In this document: in pieces, positions 35,979 through 48,683 of the stretch
Layout: each line of letters begins with the position of its first letter
Position numbering within the stretch: the stretch's first letter is position 1
DNA from: Moniliella sp. 'wahieum'
Taxonomy: Eukaryota
Assembly (NCBI GenBank): GCA_003971905.1
Contig: RSEE01000147.1
Location: 1-64,000 of the forward strand
DNA: 64,000 nt
Direction of reading: 5' to 3'
The notes under the pieces: model-generated
The model's input: only the letters and a program-made list of their open reading frames with translations
What the model was told of the DNA's origin: nothing
Database searches by the model: none
Position numbers and translations under genes: made by a program

Positions 35979-38900
35979 AGGATTGACCCAGCCGATCCAG
36001 TCGATTCGAATCGATGATGCCGACGGAGGATGGAACATGTCGATCATCAGTGCATCAGCGCATCATGCATCAGCGCTCAGCAACCCTGCGGGCCTATGTG
36101 AGTGGCATTACCGCGTGACCGCGTGACCTGTGAATGTGACCTGTGACCGCGTGGCCATGCACCATGTGACCATGTGCCCGTGACGCGTGACGCGTGACCC
36201 CGGTCGACCATGTTGCGCGTGCAGCCTGAACCATGTGTGCCATGTGCCACCTGGTCGGATTCTCACCGGTCGGTAACATGGAGGAAAAGGAACAGAGGGA
36301 TCCTCCGGGACCTGGGAACCTTACGCCCTCCCCCAACCGGCCACCCCTCTTCGCTTCAAGCTTCAAGCTAGCTTCAAGCTTCAAATCCAGAGGGAAGGGT
36401 GTGGGAATTGCATCGAGGGTGTGATGTGCTCGATATGAGCTCACAGACGTTGAACGTTCAAGTTGAACGTTCAAGTCTTCAACCTTCTCATTCCGGCAAC
36501 CCCAACAAGCGGCCGCAGCCCCCAGTCCTGGCCTATTCCAGGCTATGCGATAATCGATACAAGCGAAGCTCTATAACTTTTGGTTAAACGTTAAAACTAG
36601 CAGCACTTGTTCCTGGTACGGGGCCGCCTCGCACAATGGTACTGCTCAAAGCGTCGACGTCATTGCATACGCGCCACTGGTCAATTTCAAAAGGGTGCTA
36701 TGTAGTAGTACGCAGAGCGGGGGGGGGGAGGGGCGGGGCAGAAGTGGCCCGTTGGTCGCTGTGGGGCAGCTAACCTCTGCTTAATAAGAAGAGACTTCAA
36801 GATTCAAGGTTCAAAACTTCAAGCTTCAGCAAAAAAGGCACAACGCAAGCTTTTCCAGCTTACGTAGAAAGGTGGTTGTGTGCTTTTCTTGCCCTCCGTC
36901 CCACCACCCTCGACCATCCGAGCCCGAAATAGGGTGCCAACTTTCAAATTGGTCAAATGCCACTTTCAAGCGTCAAGCTCCAACAGGATGACGCAGTCTA
37001 AGCAGTTGGGGGGCTCCAGGGAGGGGTCCTGGTGCCTCCCTCAGCTTCTCCGCCTGAGTTCCTGAGCCTGAGATCCTGAGAAGATCTGAGAGAGTGTTCC
37101 ACTACGATGCTCGGACGAGCCAATTCGATCTGGTAACCATGTTCACGGTGAATGTACGACCGCCGGTGGGGGGTGTGGTTAAACTGTGGGCCGAGACCGT
37201 GTCCGTCATCTGGGCACGATTGGCAAGCGACCAGAGAGTATATGGGTTCCCCCAGTTCCGGGCGATCCGGTTATACCGGGTAATCTTGAAAGTGTGAAGG
37301 GGTGTGAAGCTTAGAGAGCTGGTTGAAGACATTGAAGAGAGGGAGGGAGCTCGAGTGAGGGTAGATCGACACGGGGCGGACACGGGTCGTCTTATATCGC
37401 GGGCGGCTTTTGGCTATGCAGCGCGGCTATGCATTGTTTGGATTACTTTGTGACTTGTGGCACTCTACACGAGTGTGAAGCGCGTGACGTTATAGTGGCA
37501 TATCTTGGCCATCTCACGTGCGCCAAAGGGCAGGGGGTGAAATGAGAATTAGGAAGACAAGAGGCGTTGCGGTCGTCGGTGACGCAATGACGTGTGGATA
37601 TGAAGACAACATTCGCGATGGCGTGTTTGGGTCTCTCGAGGTGCTATCCGGCTGAGCAGCTGAGTACAGAGAGTGAGAGGGGTGACGCTAAGAAGAGCTG
37701 AGGGTTACTGAGGCATTGAGAATTGCCAAGATGTCGCAAAAAAGGTTCGAGGGGAGGTCGGCCGGGGCGGATGCATAGCCGATGGGAAAAAGTAGGGCCG
37801 GTGGCGGTTGGAGCGCTGTTGTGGGCTGGGCGTATGACGCGCATCAGGCTGGGGTGGGTGGGTCGCCTGAGTAATTTGGGGGGCGGATCCGAAGTGATGG
37901 AACGTGGCGTGGGGTTTGATTACTGGGTCGGGGGGGTAGAAGAAAACACGACGACAAAAATATTGAAACCGGGCTGCGACGCATTGCCACCCCCGCGTGA
38001 GAAGCCGCGTGAGAACAGGCCACACGCCTGCATGACTAATCGCCATCCGTGTCACATCATCAATAAGACGGCGATTATCTAATCGAGCGCAGATTTTTCT
38101 TCGGATGCTGGCGTGGTGCTGGTAAACAGCTTGAATCTTCTTGAACAATTCGATGTGACATGTGACATGCATGTGAGAAGGCAGCTGGGGTAGTTCGTTC
38201 CTGTGTAACGAACGCATCGGGCAAGAGTCTGTGACATGTGACGAGTACCTGGTTGGCCAGTCGGCCCGGCTGCTCGGGGGGGGGGGGGGGGCACAGGTTT
38301 GATACAGTCACCTAGTCACCTGCTGGTGGCTTCCACGGCTGCGGATGTGCCCGCGCTCCCGCGAGCTGAGATTGTGAACATTTGACCGCGTGCGGCGCCT
38401 TGTTCGCACCCCCCCAGCCACGCCCGCATCAGCCCCCAATCACCCTCAGACCTTACTAGTCACTGAGGCGGCGCCCGAGCACCCCAATTTAGTTCAGCCC
38501 TCCCGAATCTTCGTCGATCATCGATGGCCCATCCCCGTCCCCGCCTTTTCAGCCCGGCGGCGGAAATTTGCAAAGGCAGCCAACCCTACTGGCGGACGGC
38601 CCAACGGCCTAATGCTGAAGATTTGTACGAAAAATTTCCGCGACAGGCGGCGCGGCCCTGGAATCGGTTCCGGGCCAGCCCCAAGCCAGTCGGTGGCGGC
38701 GGCAGGGCAGTCGCCGTGCAACGCAAGCGCGGATCGGCAAAGATCCGCATCGAGGGGGTTGGATGGGGGGGGCTGTGTTTCATTCTGTTGCCTCTCAAGC
38801 CTCGCCGGAGGCTCTGGTGGCCCGGGGGGGGCCTGCTTGGCTCTGTGGCTGGCCGGCACCCGCGTGACACGGGGCAGGTGTCGCTTGTGACAGACGCGTG

Positions 38901-39444
38901 AGAGCGCCAGCCCCCCTCTTCTGAGATGAGACGTATCCGGCGCAACACCCATCTCCTGCCGCGCAGCCGCACAGGCGCCCTCGCCTCCCCCTCACCCCCC
39001 CTTTTCGGGCAGCTGCATGGTTCCTCCGCCACGCCGTCACCGCACGGGAGCGCCCGAGCAGTGAGTACCCAGTTCACATGTTCCCACCCGCCCGGGGGGG
39101 CATGCGCTGGGCGGTCTGAGATCTGACATAATCGCATAATCGCCTGCTCGCACACCCGGCATCCACACCACTGAGACACGCAAGTAGATCCCCTGGAAAC
39201 ATCCGCCGCTGGATTGGCAATTTTGCGCTTTTGCACCTCCCCCCGTTTTCTTCGCACCGCAACGCACCCCCCCCTCCCCCCTCCCCAAACAAGAAGGAGT
39301 GTGCCAAGCGCGCCTCTTGGGGGCATCCCGCGTATATAACCTGCCTCTCTTCTCGCCCATCCAGCCTCTCCTCACCACACCCACCTCACCTCCTCTCTCT
39401 TCAGCCTCTCGCGCCCTTCGCCTTCTTTGCCTCGCTTCTTCACC

Positions 39445-39843
39445 ATGCAGTTCTCCACTGTCTTCGCTACTGTCGCCGCTGCCGCTGCCCTCGTTTCGGC
39501 CCGCTGCCATCCCTGCTGCTGACCGCGAGGTCATGGCCAAGCGCTTTGCCGACAACACCGGTGGCACCCTTACGTGGTACGCTGGTTCGTCCCTTGATGC
39601 CCCCGCGTGCGGTGGCCCCACTCCCTCGACAACGACATGGTCGTTGCCATGTCGTCCGACAGCCCCTACTCGTGCAACCAAGAGCTTCACTTGCACTACA
39701 ACGGCAAGATGGTTTCCGTCACGGTTGTCGACCTTTGCGAGGGCTGCGACGCGTCGCACCTGGACGCTACCAAGGGTGTCTTCTCGGCTCTGGCTCCGCT
39801 GGAGGAGGGTGAGCTGCAGGGCGTGCACATTGTTGCTCCTTAA
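39445..39843 (+). CDS. Secreted RlpA-like double-psi beta-barrel (expansin/loosenin-like) protein
   Basis: Signal-like MQFSTVFATVAAAAALVSA, then TWYAGSSLDAPACG, DMVVAMS and VTVVDLCEGCDASHLDATKGVFSALA; TATATAA at 39333. Confidence 0.88.
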
Positions 39844-40273
39844 AAAGCCCCGACGGCACTTTTTTTCCCCCATGGTTCTTCTCGTTATGGGTTAGGGAAC
39901 TGCTTCACTCGCTTTCGTCTGCGCCCCTCAGCTCCCACGGTTCACAAGTCACCTTTAACCTCTTCACACGAGGTCGCGGTTGGCAAGATGGGACGATTGT
40001 TTTTCTTTTCTTTGCCCAACGGTCCTCTTCATCCCTCCTTTCTTCTCTCCCTTTGTGTTGCACCTGGGCATTGTCACGCGCTGCCCTTGCAAAACTTGGC
40101 CGCCTGGCCTCCTACTGTATCACCACCCTCCAACCCCCGCTCTGGAGCGGGTCTCTCATCTCCATGTGCTCTACCTATTCTCCTCCTCGTGTGCAAATTT
40201 ATATAGTCTTGTGTAGATACAACGTGTTTTTGGGGTCTTCAGCGGGCTCCCTACCGCATATCTCTAGGGTTAG

Positions 40274-42099
40274 TCCATATCATTGGCAGAGCTTAAGGCT
40301 GGGATGGGAAACGCTACGTCGAAACCGAACCGTTCATCTTGCGGGCGTTACTGGGGAGCGCCACCAAGGTTAAGGAACCAGGGGGGGATCGCCAAGATAT
40401 CAGGACCCTCTGGTTCTCGCCATCCGGTCCCGGACCCTAGGAAGCGCGTGTGGACACGGATGAATGTGGTTGACATGCGAGCGAGGAACCATTTCCATTG
40501 AGACTTAGTAGCCAAATCCTTCCAATGCGCCAGCATCTTGCCCGCTGTCTTGGTGCCGTAGTATCCTCGCGTCATCAAAACCAGGGGGGGGAAACGGCTC
40601 TTGAGTGCGTCCCTGGCACTTGGCGTTCTTGTCGCATTCTGCTTGTTCAAGCAGGCGAAGCAGCTCCTTCTCCCGGCGTTCCAGGGGCGTCGCGGTGCTC
40701 TCATGCACCACCCTTCGGTACGCGCTCTGCGCCTCCTGCGATCCCGTGTCGCGCACCGTGTGGTTTACCTCCATTCCTGATCCTCCGAGTGCTCCGGGTC
40801 CCATCACGCGGTAGTCGGTGCGCTGAGTGCCCTCCGTCCGCGCCTCGCCCCATCCTCTTCCTCCACAGCAGGTTCGTTGAGGACGTGGGTGTCGGGGATG
40901 GAGCGTATGAGCTGGAGAATAGGCTCCCGTACTGCCTCATGCAACCCACCAAACTTGGCCTGGGAGTGGGTGCAAGCCATGATGTGCTCCAGCGAGGACA
41001 TGCCGTCGCACTTGCACATGCTGCGTGTGGTGCGGCACAGCGTGCGGAGCTGGAGACCAACCTGAACCTGCTGGTCAGAGAGCTTGAGGCACGGGACGGA
41101 TGGAATGACGAAGAGCCAATTGTGGCTCAGCGGGTTGCTGTGCTCAGCAACCACATGGCGACCATCGGCAGCGTCCAGCTTCTGGAGCAGCTCCTGTCGA
41201 CTTTGCTCCCACATCTCCCCCGGCAGCGCTGGCGTTGCTTCGTAAACGCGTTTCCCGTTGCCGTTTGCGGTCTCGAACGGTCAACATAAGTGGTAATAAG
41301 AAAGTCGTTGCCCTCGTTGGCCGCTGCACGAGCGTGGGACGCAATATACGAGTAAAGCGGGCTGCCACATCCTCCCATCCGGAGGGGCAGGCTCATGAGC
41401 ATGTCGACGTGGTCGTCCTTGGCACCTTGGGGGTCCTCGTCGCCCCGGATCCGTCTGAACTCCGTATAGATGAAGGCATCAATCTCGGCCAGCACATCGT
41501 CCAGCTCTCCTTCCATCTGCAGGGTGCGGAGCAGGTGGCGCAGCTTGGTCTGAATACTGTACCGCCGTAGTAAGAGGCGTCCTTGGCGGGTGATGCCATC
41601 AAACTTAGGCATGTTTTCTCCAAGGCTGGCCAGTTGGTCCCGGAGCCACGATCGACGACTGTCTACCCCTCCCACACAAGTGCCCAGGACCTACAGACCA
41701 TCCTCCCGAGGAATCTGGTCCCGGTCACGCTCGACGCACTTGCGCAGGTTGAGCGTGAGGCCTGACGCGTCGTCTTCTAAAATCTCCACGGCTATAGGCC
41801 GGTAATGCCTGGCCCTGGACCGAAAATCGTAATGTCTTCCAGGTACGGCATCACCAGGTGCCCCGGCGGCAGATCCTTTTCCAGCTTCTCCAGCGTGGGC
41901 CGCACTGCGATGGAGAAAAAAAGGGGGTGAGGGGGTCGCCCTGCCGTACACCCTCTGTCGACAGAACGCTGGTCTCATTTCCGCCCGACGCAACCCAAAG
42001 CTGGGTGGGGGTACCTTAGATCCATCGGCCCAACGTGAGGAGATGGGGGGCGAAGGCATGGAGCGCCTTGGCAAGTGTGCGACCGCGCACAGTGTTATG
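40274..42099 (-). mobile_element. Non-LTR retrotransposon relic, RLE type (CRE/Cnl1-like), copy 2
   Basis: RT C-terminal half, KLRHLLRTL, LPLRMGGCG, CCHC-like finger CKC...LEHIMAC, LHEAVRE, RTDYRV, DKNAKC and FPPLVL; 5'-truncated within RT. Confidence 0.9.
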
Positions 42100-43434
42100 A
42101 CTCTGGCTGCATGATGCATGACCTGTGTGGTTCTTTCCGCTGATGGAGCTTCACCCCCCCGCGCGCCTAATCAAGCTCTGGTTACACCAAAGTGGCGATG
42201 TATATTCTGCTCTCTCTAGAAACGTCCCATGATTCGAACGGCATGCAGCCCCCAGTACGTCACACCCATGGCCCATCAGTGGTAGATGGGGTCAAGTTAG
42301 GCAAGTTGAAGGTTCGGTCTGGCAAGCTGCCAGCACACGACACTACCTGGCTATTAAAGAACAAGGAGTGCTGGGGTTGTATAGATCAGAGTGCCTAGGC
42401 ACTGGTAAATGGCCACGACATAACCGCCGAGAGTCCGTAACGTTCCGTACCACTCAACGGACCTTTTCCTTTTGGCTCGACCTATTCCCACACCTGTGGG
42501 ATCGGCCGTTGCGTTGTTGCAGGATGTGAATGTACCGCACTCACTTCAATGGTATACCTTGCAGGGCACTGCAGAGGTGGATACTTTTCTCCCCGGTACC
42601 TTGGCTTGTGGGTCGACGTTTTGCCGACCAAAACCAAAGGTGGGGTTGTGTCGAACTATATACTAGAGATACTCGAGTGGCTTGCAACCCGTCTCTCGAG
42701 TTGATCGCAGGTATCAATCCATGTCGCATTTTGAACAACCAGTGACAATGAGGGAGGTGTGGGCGCCTACTATACTTGTCGTCTCTGTGATTGACGATTT
42801 GGTCGCGTATGCTCACTGCAGATGCAAGTCAAGATGAAAGGGGCGCGCCAGGGAGGCAGCGATTGATACGTCATCCTATAGCTCGGGACTTTGCTAGACC
42901 TGTGTCTGCCCCTCAAAACAACTTCTTCCCGCTATTCCTCAATCGACCAGGATCGATTGCACTGACGGTCTTTACCCTTTTGCTGCCAGCTAAGTCCGGA
43001 GTCGGTCCGGTCGATTTGGCAGCAAGGACAGGGAAGGGGCAGAGGCTGTGAAGTCAAGGCCATCTAGGTCGAGCCGGCGGGTGGCAAGCCCAACAAGCAT
43101 GTGGACAGGCCCAGGCCCAGGGGCGAAGGTGAAAGCCGGAGGCTTGATAGCAACGTCGAGCGTGTGCAGCAATACTGAGGTTGTGTGGGAGGAGGCTGAC
43201 TACTGCAATAAACAACGGGTTGGGTTCAACTACTTCTGCAACTTGCCAGTTCAACATCTTAAACGTACTTTAGCTTCACTGGTCACCTTCAAAGGTTGCA
43301 AGGATAACCACGTTGCTAACCATTGATCCCCACAGAGCAGGGTACGTGGTTATGGGACTGATTTGAAGCTGATTCAAGAGATAGGAGCAAGCGGTCATGT
43401 ATGAAGAGTAGGAGAGGTAAGTGGAATCACAATT

Positions 43435-45331
43435 CTACAGTTCATCCGAATCGGGAGCCTCCTGTGCAATGCGGCGCTGCAAGTAGGCAACCAAGTCGGT
43501 CAGGGCCACCGTTTCGCCCTTGGACGCACCCTCGGTCGATCCCTTACCGTGCTGGGCCTTGACCAGCACCTTGCCCTCCTTCCACTCCGACGGCCCGACC
43601 AGCACCGCAAACGGTGTCTGGTCCCGCTCGATCTGAGTAAAGTTGTGGGCTGCCTTGGGTTGACCTTGTACATAAACTCGGCACGGATGCCAGCGTCCCA
43701 CAGCTGCTTGGCCAGAGCCAGGCGTTCGGCCACCATGCCAGGCCCAAGGTTCATAATAAACACCTGCGTCTTCTTCGCGCGCGCAGTGAGCCCCGTGTGG
43801 GCCTTCTTGAGAGCAGCCATCTTGATGGCGAATACCCGCTCCACCCCAATCGACACCCCAACACACGGCACGTCCTCCCTCCCAAACATGCCTACCAACT
43901 TATCGTATCGGCCTCCGGCCGCGATGGAGCCGACACCAACGGAAGCCTCGTCGACTTCCTCTCCCTCGGGTGTGGCTTGCGCCAGTGCCTTGCCTCCCTC
44001 GGCCGAGGGCGGAGCGGAACCCTCGGTAACCGCTTCGTAGATAATACCCGTGTAATAGTCCAAGCCACGAGCCAGACTCAGGTCGAAGCTGATCACATCC
44101 TTCACCCCCAACGCTTCGAGGTAGGCAAAGAGCAAGCGCATGTCCTCCACCCAGCCAGGGCATCCTTGTTGTTGGACAATTTGCTGTCCTGGGCCAAGCG
44201 CTCGACGAGAGCGAGCAAGTCGGCATGCGCCGGACCCGCCTTGAGCTTGACATAGTCCCCAATCAAGTCGGCCGCCTCGGGCGCCAGCCCTTTCTCCTCC
44301 ACCATCTCCGCCCGCACATCTTCCACGGAAGCTTGTCCATCTTGTCCACGGCAGAGGAGATAGTGCGGATCTTGGCCTCGGGAACGCCGCAGACGGCAAA
44401 GACGGCATCGAGGATCTTGCGGTGGTTGAGCTTGATGGTGAACTTTCCAATCTTGAGCGCCTGCAGTGCCGAGCTCAGCACCTGCAGAATCTCCGCATCG
44501 GGCAACATGGCATCGTACCGCCCAGCAATGTCCAGATCGCACTGGTAAAATTCACGGAACCGACCCTTGGTCATCACGGCTGGTCCCGCCGGTACACCTT
44601 GGCAATGTGGTAACGCTTAATTCCACCAGCTTCGTCTGGGTGCATCGCAACGTAGCGCGCAAACGGCACAGTCAAGTCGTATCGCAGCGACGAGATCTCG
44701 CCCCCCTGGTCAGCCAGGTCTTAAATGAGCTTACCCCCATCCTCACCATACTTGCCCGTCAAGATCTCCCGCAGCTCAAACACGGGCGTGTCAATGGTCA
44801 CGGCTCCATGGGCCTCAAACACCTTGGTGATCGTCTTGAAGATCCGCTGACGCACATCCATCGACACAGGGTCCCAATCGCGCGTGCCCTTGGGCGTCTT
44901 GACTGCAATTTTTCCGTCCGTGGCGGGGGCGGCATCGGGGGCTTGAGCTTGCGCAGGAGGGGGTGCAGAAGACGTTGCCGACGCAGCAGCAGCGGGTGCC
45001 GAGGTGGATGAGCCCTCCTGGGCCTTGGCAGAAGCAAGAGCAGCAGCCTCGGCCTTCTTGCGTTCCTTTTCCTGCCGCTTCTTCAGCTCCTTTTCCAACT
45101 TTCCGCCCGACCCGACAGAGACGCTGGCCAGCTGGTCGCGCAAGGCCTTCATGCGAGCCGTGGCCTCCTCCACCGCGGCCGGGTCGACGTCGGGGGCGGC
45201 CTTGAGGGCGCGGAGGGCAGCGCCCTGGGCCTTGATCTGCTCCTGGATCTGCTGGGGGTGAGCGCGGCGGTGGTCATGGTGCGGCGGGGACAGCGGGGAA
45301 GCAGGCGGGTGCCGATGGCGAGTCGGAGCAT
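43435..45331 (-). CDS. HTS1: Histidyl-tRNA synthetase (WHEP, class II core and anticodon-binding domain)
   Basis: [49 protein letters not shown] and SIAAGGRYD. Confidence 0.96.
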
Positions 45332-45609
45332 GCGCGGCGCGGAAAAAAGCTGCTTCGAGCTTCGTTTTGCGGCCGCCGCCCACTGCGCCGGAAGGCTGAC
45401 GTCAGCGCGGGAATGGCCAGACGGCGGCAGGCAGTGGGTCTGTCACCCATCACTCACGCTCCCCGCCCGCCGCCTCTGCGCGCCACCTGTCGCCCCATCC
45501 TCCTGCTGGAGACGGCCCTCGCTTCTCTAAGCCTCACGCCCCTGGGGCCCTTCAGCCTTCAAGCTTCAAGAAAGAAACGCACCCGAATCTTCTTGGGGAA
45601 GAAAAAAAA

Positions 45610-45709
45610 TGCTTCGTGCCAGGCTCGAACTGGCGACCTCAGGATGACGTGGCTTTCCACTCATACGGACGTATGAGACCTGCGCGCTAGCCAACTGCGC
45701 CAACGAAGC
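45610..45709 (-). tRNA. Elongator tRNA-Met(CAU) with a 26-nt intron
   Basis: GCTTCGT/ACGAAGC acceptor stem, GCGC D-stem, CAGGT CTCATA[intron]ATCCTG anticodon arm, GCCAG TTCGAGC CTGGC T-arm, followed by an oligo-T Pol III terminator. Confidence 0.95.
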
Positions 45710-45970
45710 TGATGCTCCCAGTTCCAGTCGTTTTCTTAACGAGGGAGGCAGTAATGGCCTGCCGAAGGCGAAAAATTGAACATTGTATTTCCCGGCCGCG
45801 TCGCCGCGTCGCGCACTCGTCTCCCGCCCGCCCGCCATTCCGAAACGCGCAGGTGGAAGACCAGATTGCACTCGGATACGAGATGGCCACATCGCCACCA
45901 CCTCCTCCACCTCCTCCACCTCCTCCACCTGCGTTTGCTCTTTTCAAGGTGGCTCAGGGAAGAAATCATC

Positions 45971-47577
45971 ATGGCGACTACCTCTGCCCCCAGCTTTTTC
46001 GATATGGCTGCCCGCAAGGCGGCCGCCTCGGGTCAGCCCAAGGCCAAGCGCTCCGACGAGCAAAAGCAGAACCGGCCTTGGGTCGAGAAGTACCGGCCCA
46101 AGACGATGGACGAGGTGGCATCGCAGGATCACACGGTCCAGGTGCTGAAGAAGACGCTCCTTCTCAACAATGTACGTTCTCTCTCCTCTTTCCCTTCCCT
46201 TCCCTCGCTTTGCCGCGCCTCCTGGGCTGGGAATGGCAATGGCAATGGCACTGGCATTGCCCGGTGCCCCACGACTGGATGGCTAACCGCGTTGTTGTTC
46301 GAACCAGCTGCCTCACATGCTCTTTTACGGTCCACCGGGGACGGGAAAGACGTCGGCCATCTTGGCTCTGTGCCGAGAAATGTTTGGGTACGTAGGCTGC
46401 TCCTGTCCTATTGGTGCTGTACCTTGTTCGCCTCCTGGTCCTCGATCCTGGTTGGTGCAGACAACGCTAACCTAGCCTATGTCAATGTCGATATCAATGT
46501 CGATGTCGATGTTGAACCTCCTCCCAGGCCCGAACTGATGCCGCACCGTGTTCTGGAGCTGAACGCGTCGGATGAACGAGGCATCTCGGTCGTACGGGAA
46601 AAAATCAAGACATTTGCCAAGTCCATCGTGGCCATGCGCCTGCGAGCGCCATCAAGGCAGGTCACCCTTGTCCGCCCTTTAAAATCATTGTTCTGGACGA
46701 AGCGGATTCGATGACGCAGGATGCCCAATCGGCCTTGCGTCGCATCATGGAAAAGTACTCGTCTGTCACTCTTCTGTCTCGTGTGCAACTACGTGACGCG
46801 GTACGTATTGGCCCCTTTGCGTTGTGGCCGGTAGGCCGGTCGGGGGGTGGAAGGGGCAAGGGGAAGGGGAAGAGGAAGAGGAAGGGGAACAAGAATGTGC
46901 GTGCTGACTTGTTGGGCTGGGGCCTGCATGTGTGTATCCAGGATCATTGAGCCTCTCACCTCGCGCTGCAGTAAGTTCCGTTTCCGATCGCTGGACACGG
47001 GCAGCGCACGGGACCGAATCGAGTATGTGGCCAAGGAGGAAAAGGTGGTGTTGGAGGACGGGGTGGTGGACCGGTTGTTGGATGCCTCCGAGGGAGACAT
47101 GCGACGTGCGCTCATGTACCTTCAATCGGCCGCGCGGTTGCGCACGTCGGACCAAAGTGCGGTCCCTGCGCAGTCCATTACCGAAGTCGCTGGTGTGGTA
47201 CCGCACAGCGTGGTTACGGGGTTGCTCCGCGCGGCCCGGTCCCGCTCACGCCTGCCGACGCAGCGGCGGCCACGGAAACGGATGAGGGGGAGGACGTGAC
47301 GATGGCGGAGGCGGACGGGGCGGGCAGTGGCGCGTTTGATGCGGTGCAAGCGGCAGTGACGCAAACGGTGCAGGATGGGTATGCGGCGAGCCAAGTGCTG
47401 AGCCAACTTCACGACTACCTTGTTCTCCACCCCACGTTGCCACCCAGGTTCAAGGCGCAAGCGGCTGTGGCGATGGGCAGCACCGACAAGGCGTTGACAG
47501 AGGGGGGCGATGAGGAACTTCATCTGCTGGATCTTCTTCTCATTCTAGCTCGATTGGCCAAAGCCGAGCGTCTCTGA
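45971..47577 (+). CDS. RFC2: Replication factor C small subunit (yeast Rfc2 / human RFC4)
   Basis: [56 protein letters not shown] and [14 protein letters not shown]; three GTACGT introns. Confidence 0.95.
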
Positions 47578-48298
47578 CGCAACAGCGAGCAAGAAAGAGA
47601 TGAGCAAGTTCTACTAATACGACGGCAGCGGCCCATTGCCCATCCCCACGAGAAGGTACAATGGCATACGGAGACAGGAGACAGGAGCGGATGACGGGGG
47701 GGGGCTGGATTGCAGGCGATTGGGGCCGAAGGCATAGCACAAAACGAATCATTAATCAGGTGTAGCAGGCGACGCAACGCAAACACAACACCTGGGCTTA
47801 GGACAGCCAGTGCCGTCTCCATCCTGGTCAGGGTTAGGGTAGCTTGCGCCCCGCCAGACGCCTCCCATTGCGATTTCGGGTCGTATGCACGTGCCGCGCC
47901 GAACCCTACAAGCGACCGGTGGAATTTCACTTGCATTACGTAGCTATCACACGTCGGGAGCATCATGCACTAGGGGCGGGGTCTGTCGGGGCGCCACCGT
48001 GCCAGCGGACGCGCCAGGGCGAAGGGGGCCAGTGTCGCCCCGCTGCGTAAGAGGCGGGAGGGGGGCAGTGTAGCCTCTCGCAGCTTCCGGCTTCCGGCGC
48101 AGGGCTTGGAAACGGAGCGGACAGCCGCTTCTGTCTGGTGAAGCTGGTGAAGCTTGAACCTTCAAGCTTCAAGGGAGGGGAAGCGGGAGAAGGGCTTGAG
48201 CGCGCGTGGGCTCCCTCGTTGGCTCTGCCCACCTGTCTACCTGCCCACCTGCCCACCTGCCCACCGCCTTGTCTTGTTGTGTCGAGCTGATCTTGACC

Positions 48299-48683
48299 AT
48301 GTCGACGTTCCTTGGTTTCCGCGTCTACTCCACGCCCATCGTCAAGCCCCTCTTCCCCTTCATCTTGGCTACGGGCGTGGTGGGCTACTTGATCAAGAAC
48401 ACCCAGGACAAGGGCAGCAACACCCCCGAGGCACTCAAGGACCCCAAGAACCCGTGGGGTACGTTCCGTGAACCTGTTGATCCCCTCTGCCTCGCTGTAG
48501 ACCCAGCAGTGTGCTTTCTGCAGTGTGCATTCTGCAGTGTGCATTCTGCAGTGTGCTTTCTGTTCTGAGCAAGGTGGAACGTGGATGGAGGATCGATGGT
48601 GATGGTCGATTAACCCCGATGAAAACTGACTTACTTTGGGATACCTTGCCTTAGCTCGCTTGGCGCCCAAGGCGGAGCACTAA
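48299..48683 (+). CDS. ATP18: Mitochondrial ATP synthase subunit i/j
   Basis: FLGFRVYSTPIVKPLFPFILATGVVGYLI...KDPKNP, an intron at about 48459-48654, and a short last exon ending KAEH*. Confidence 0.85.

Noticed and set aside
35693..36047. GYWVLGT / PSTQYPV repeat proteins
   Set aside because: Artefacts of the 7-nt repeat read in three frames
40300..40420. Hammerhead or HDV ribozyme in the retroelement end
   Set aside because: GAAAC motifs are present, but I found no CUGANGA core or nested pseudoknot
42100..43430. 5' continuation of retro copy 2, or a separate gene
   Set aside because: Homology to copy 1 stops at ~42099 and the ORFs show no recognisable domain
48459..48654. Intronic snoRNA in ATP18
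   Set aside because: Only a short tandem repeat (TTCTGCAGTGTGC) is present; no convincing C/D or H/ACA boxes with a terminal stem
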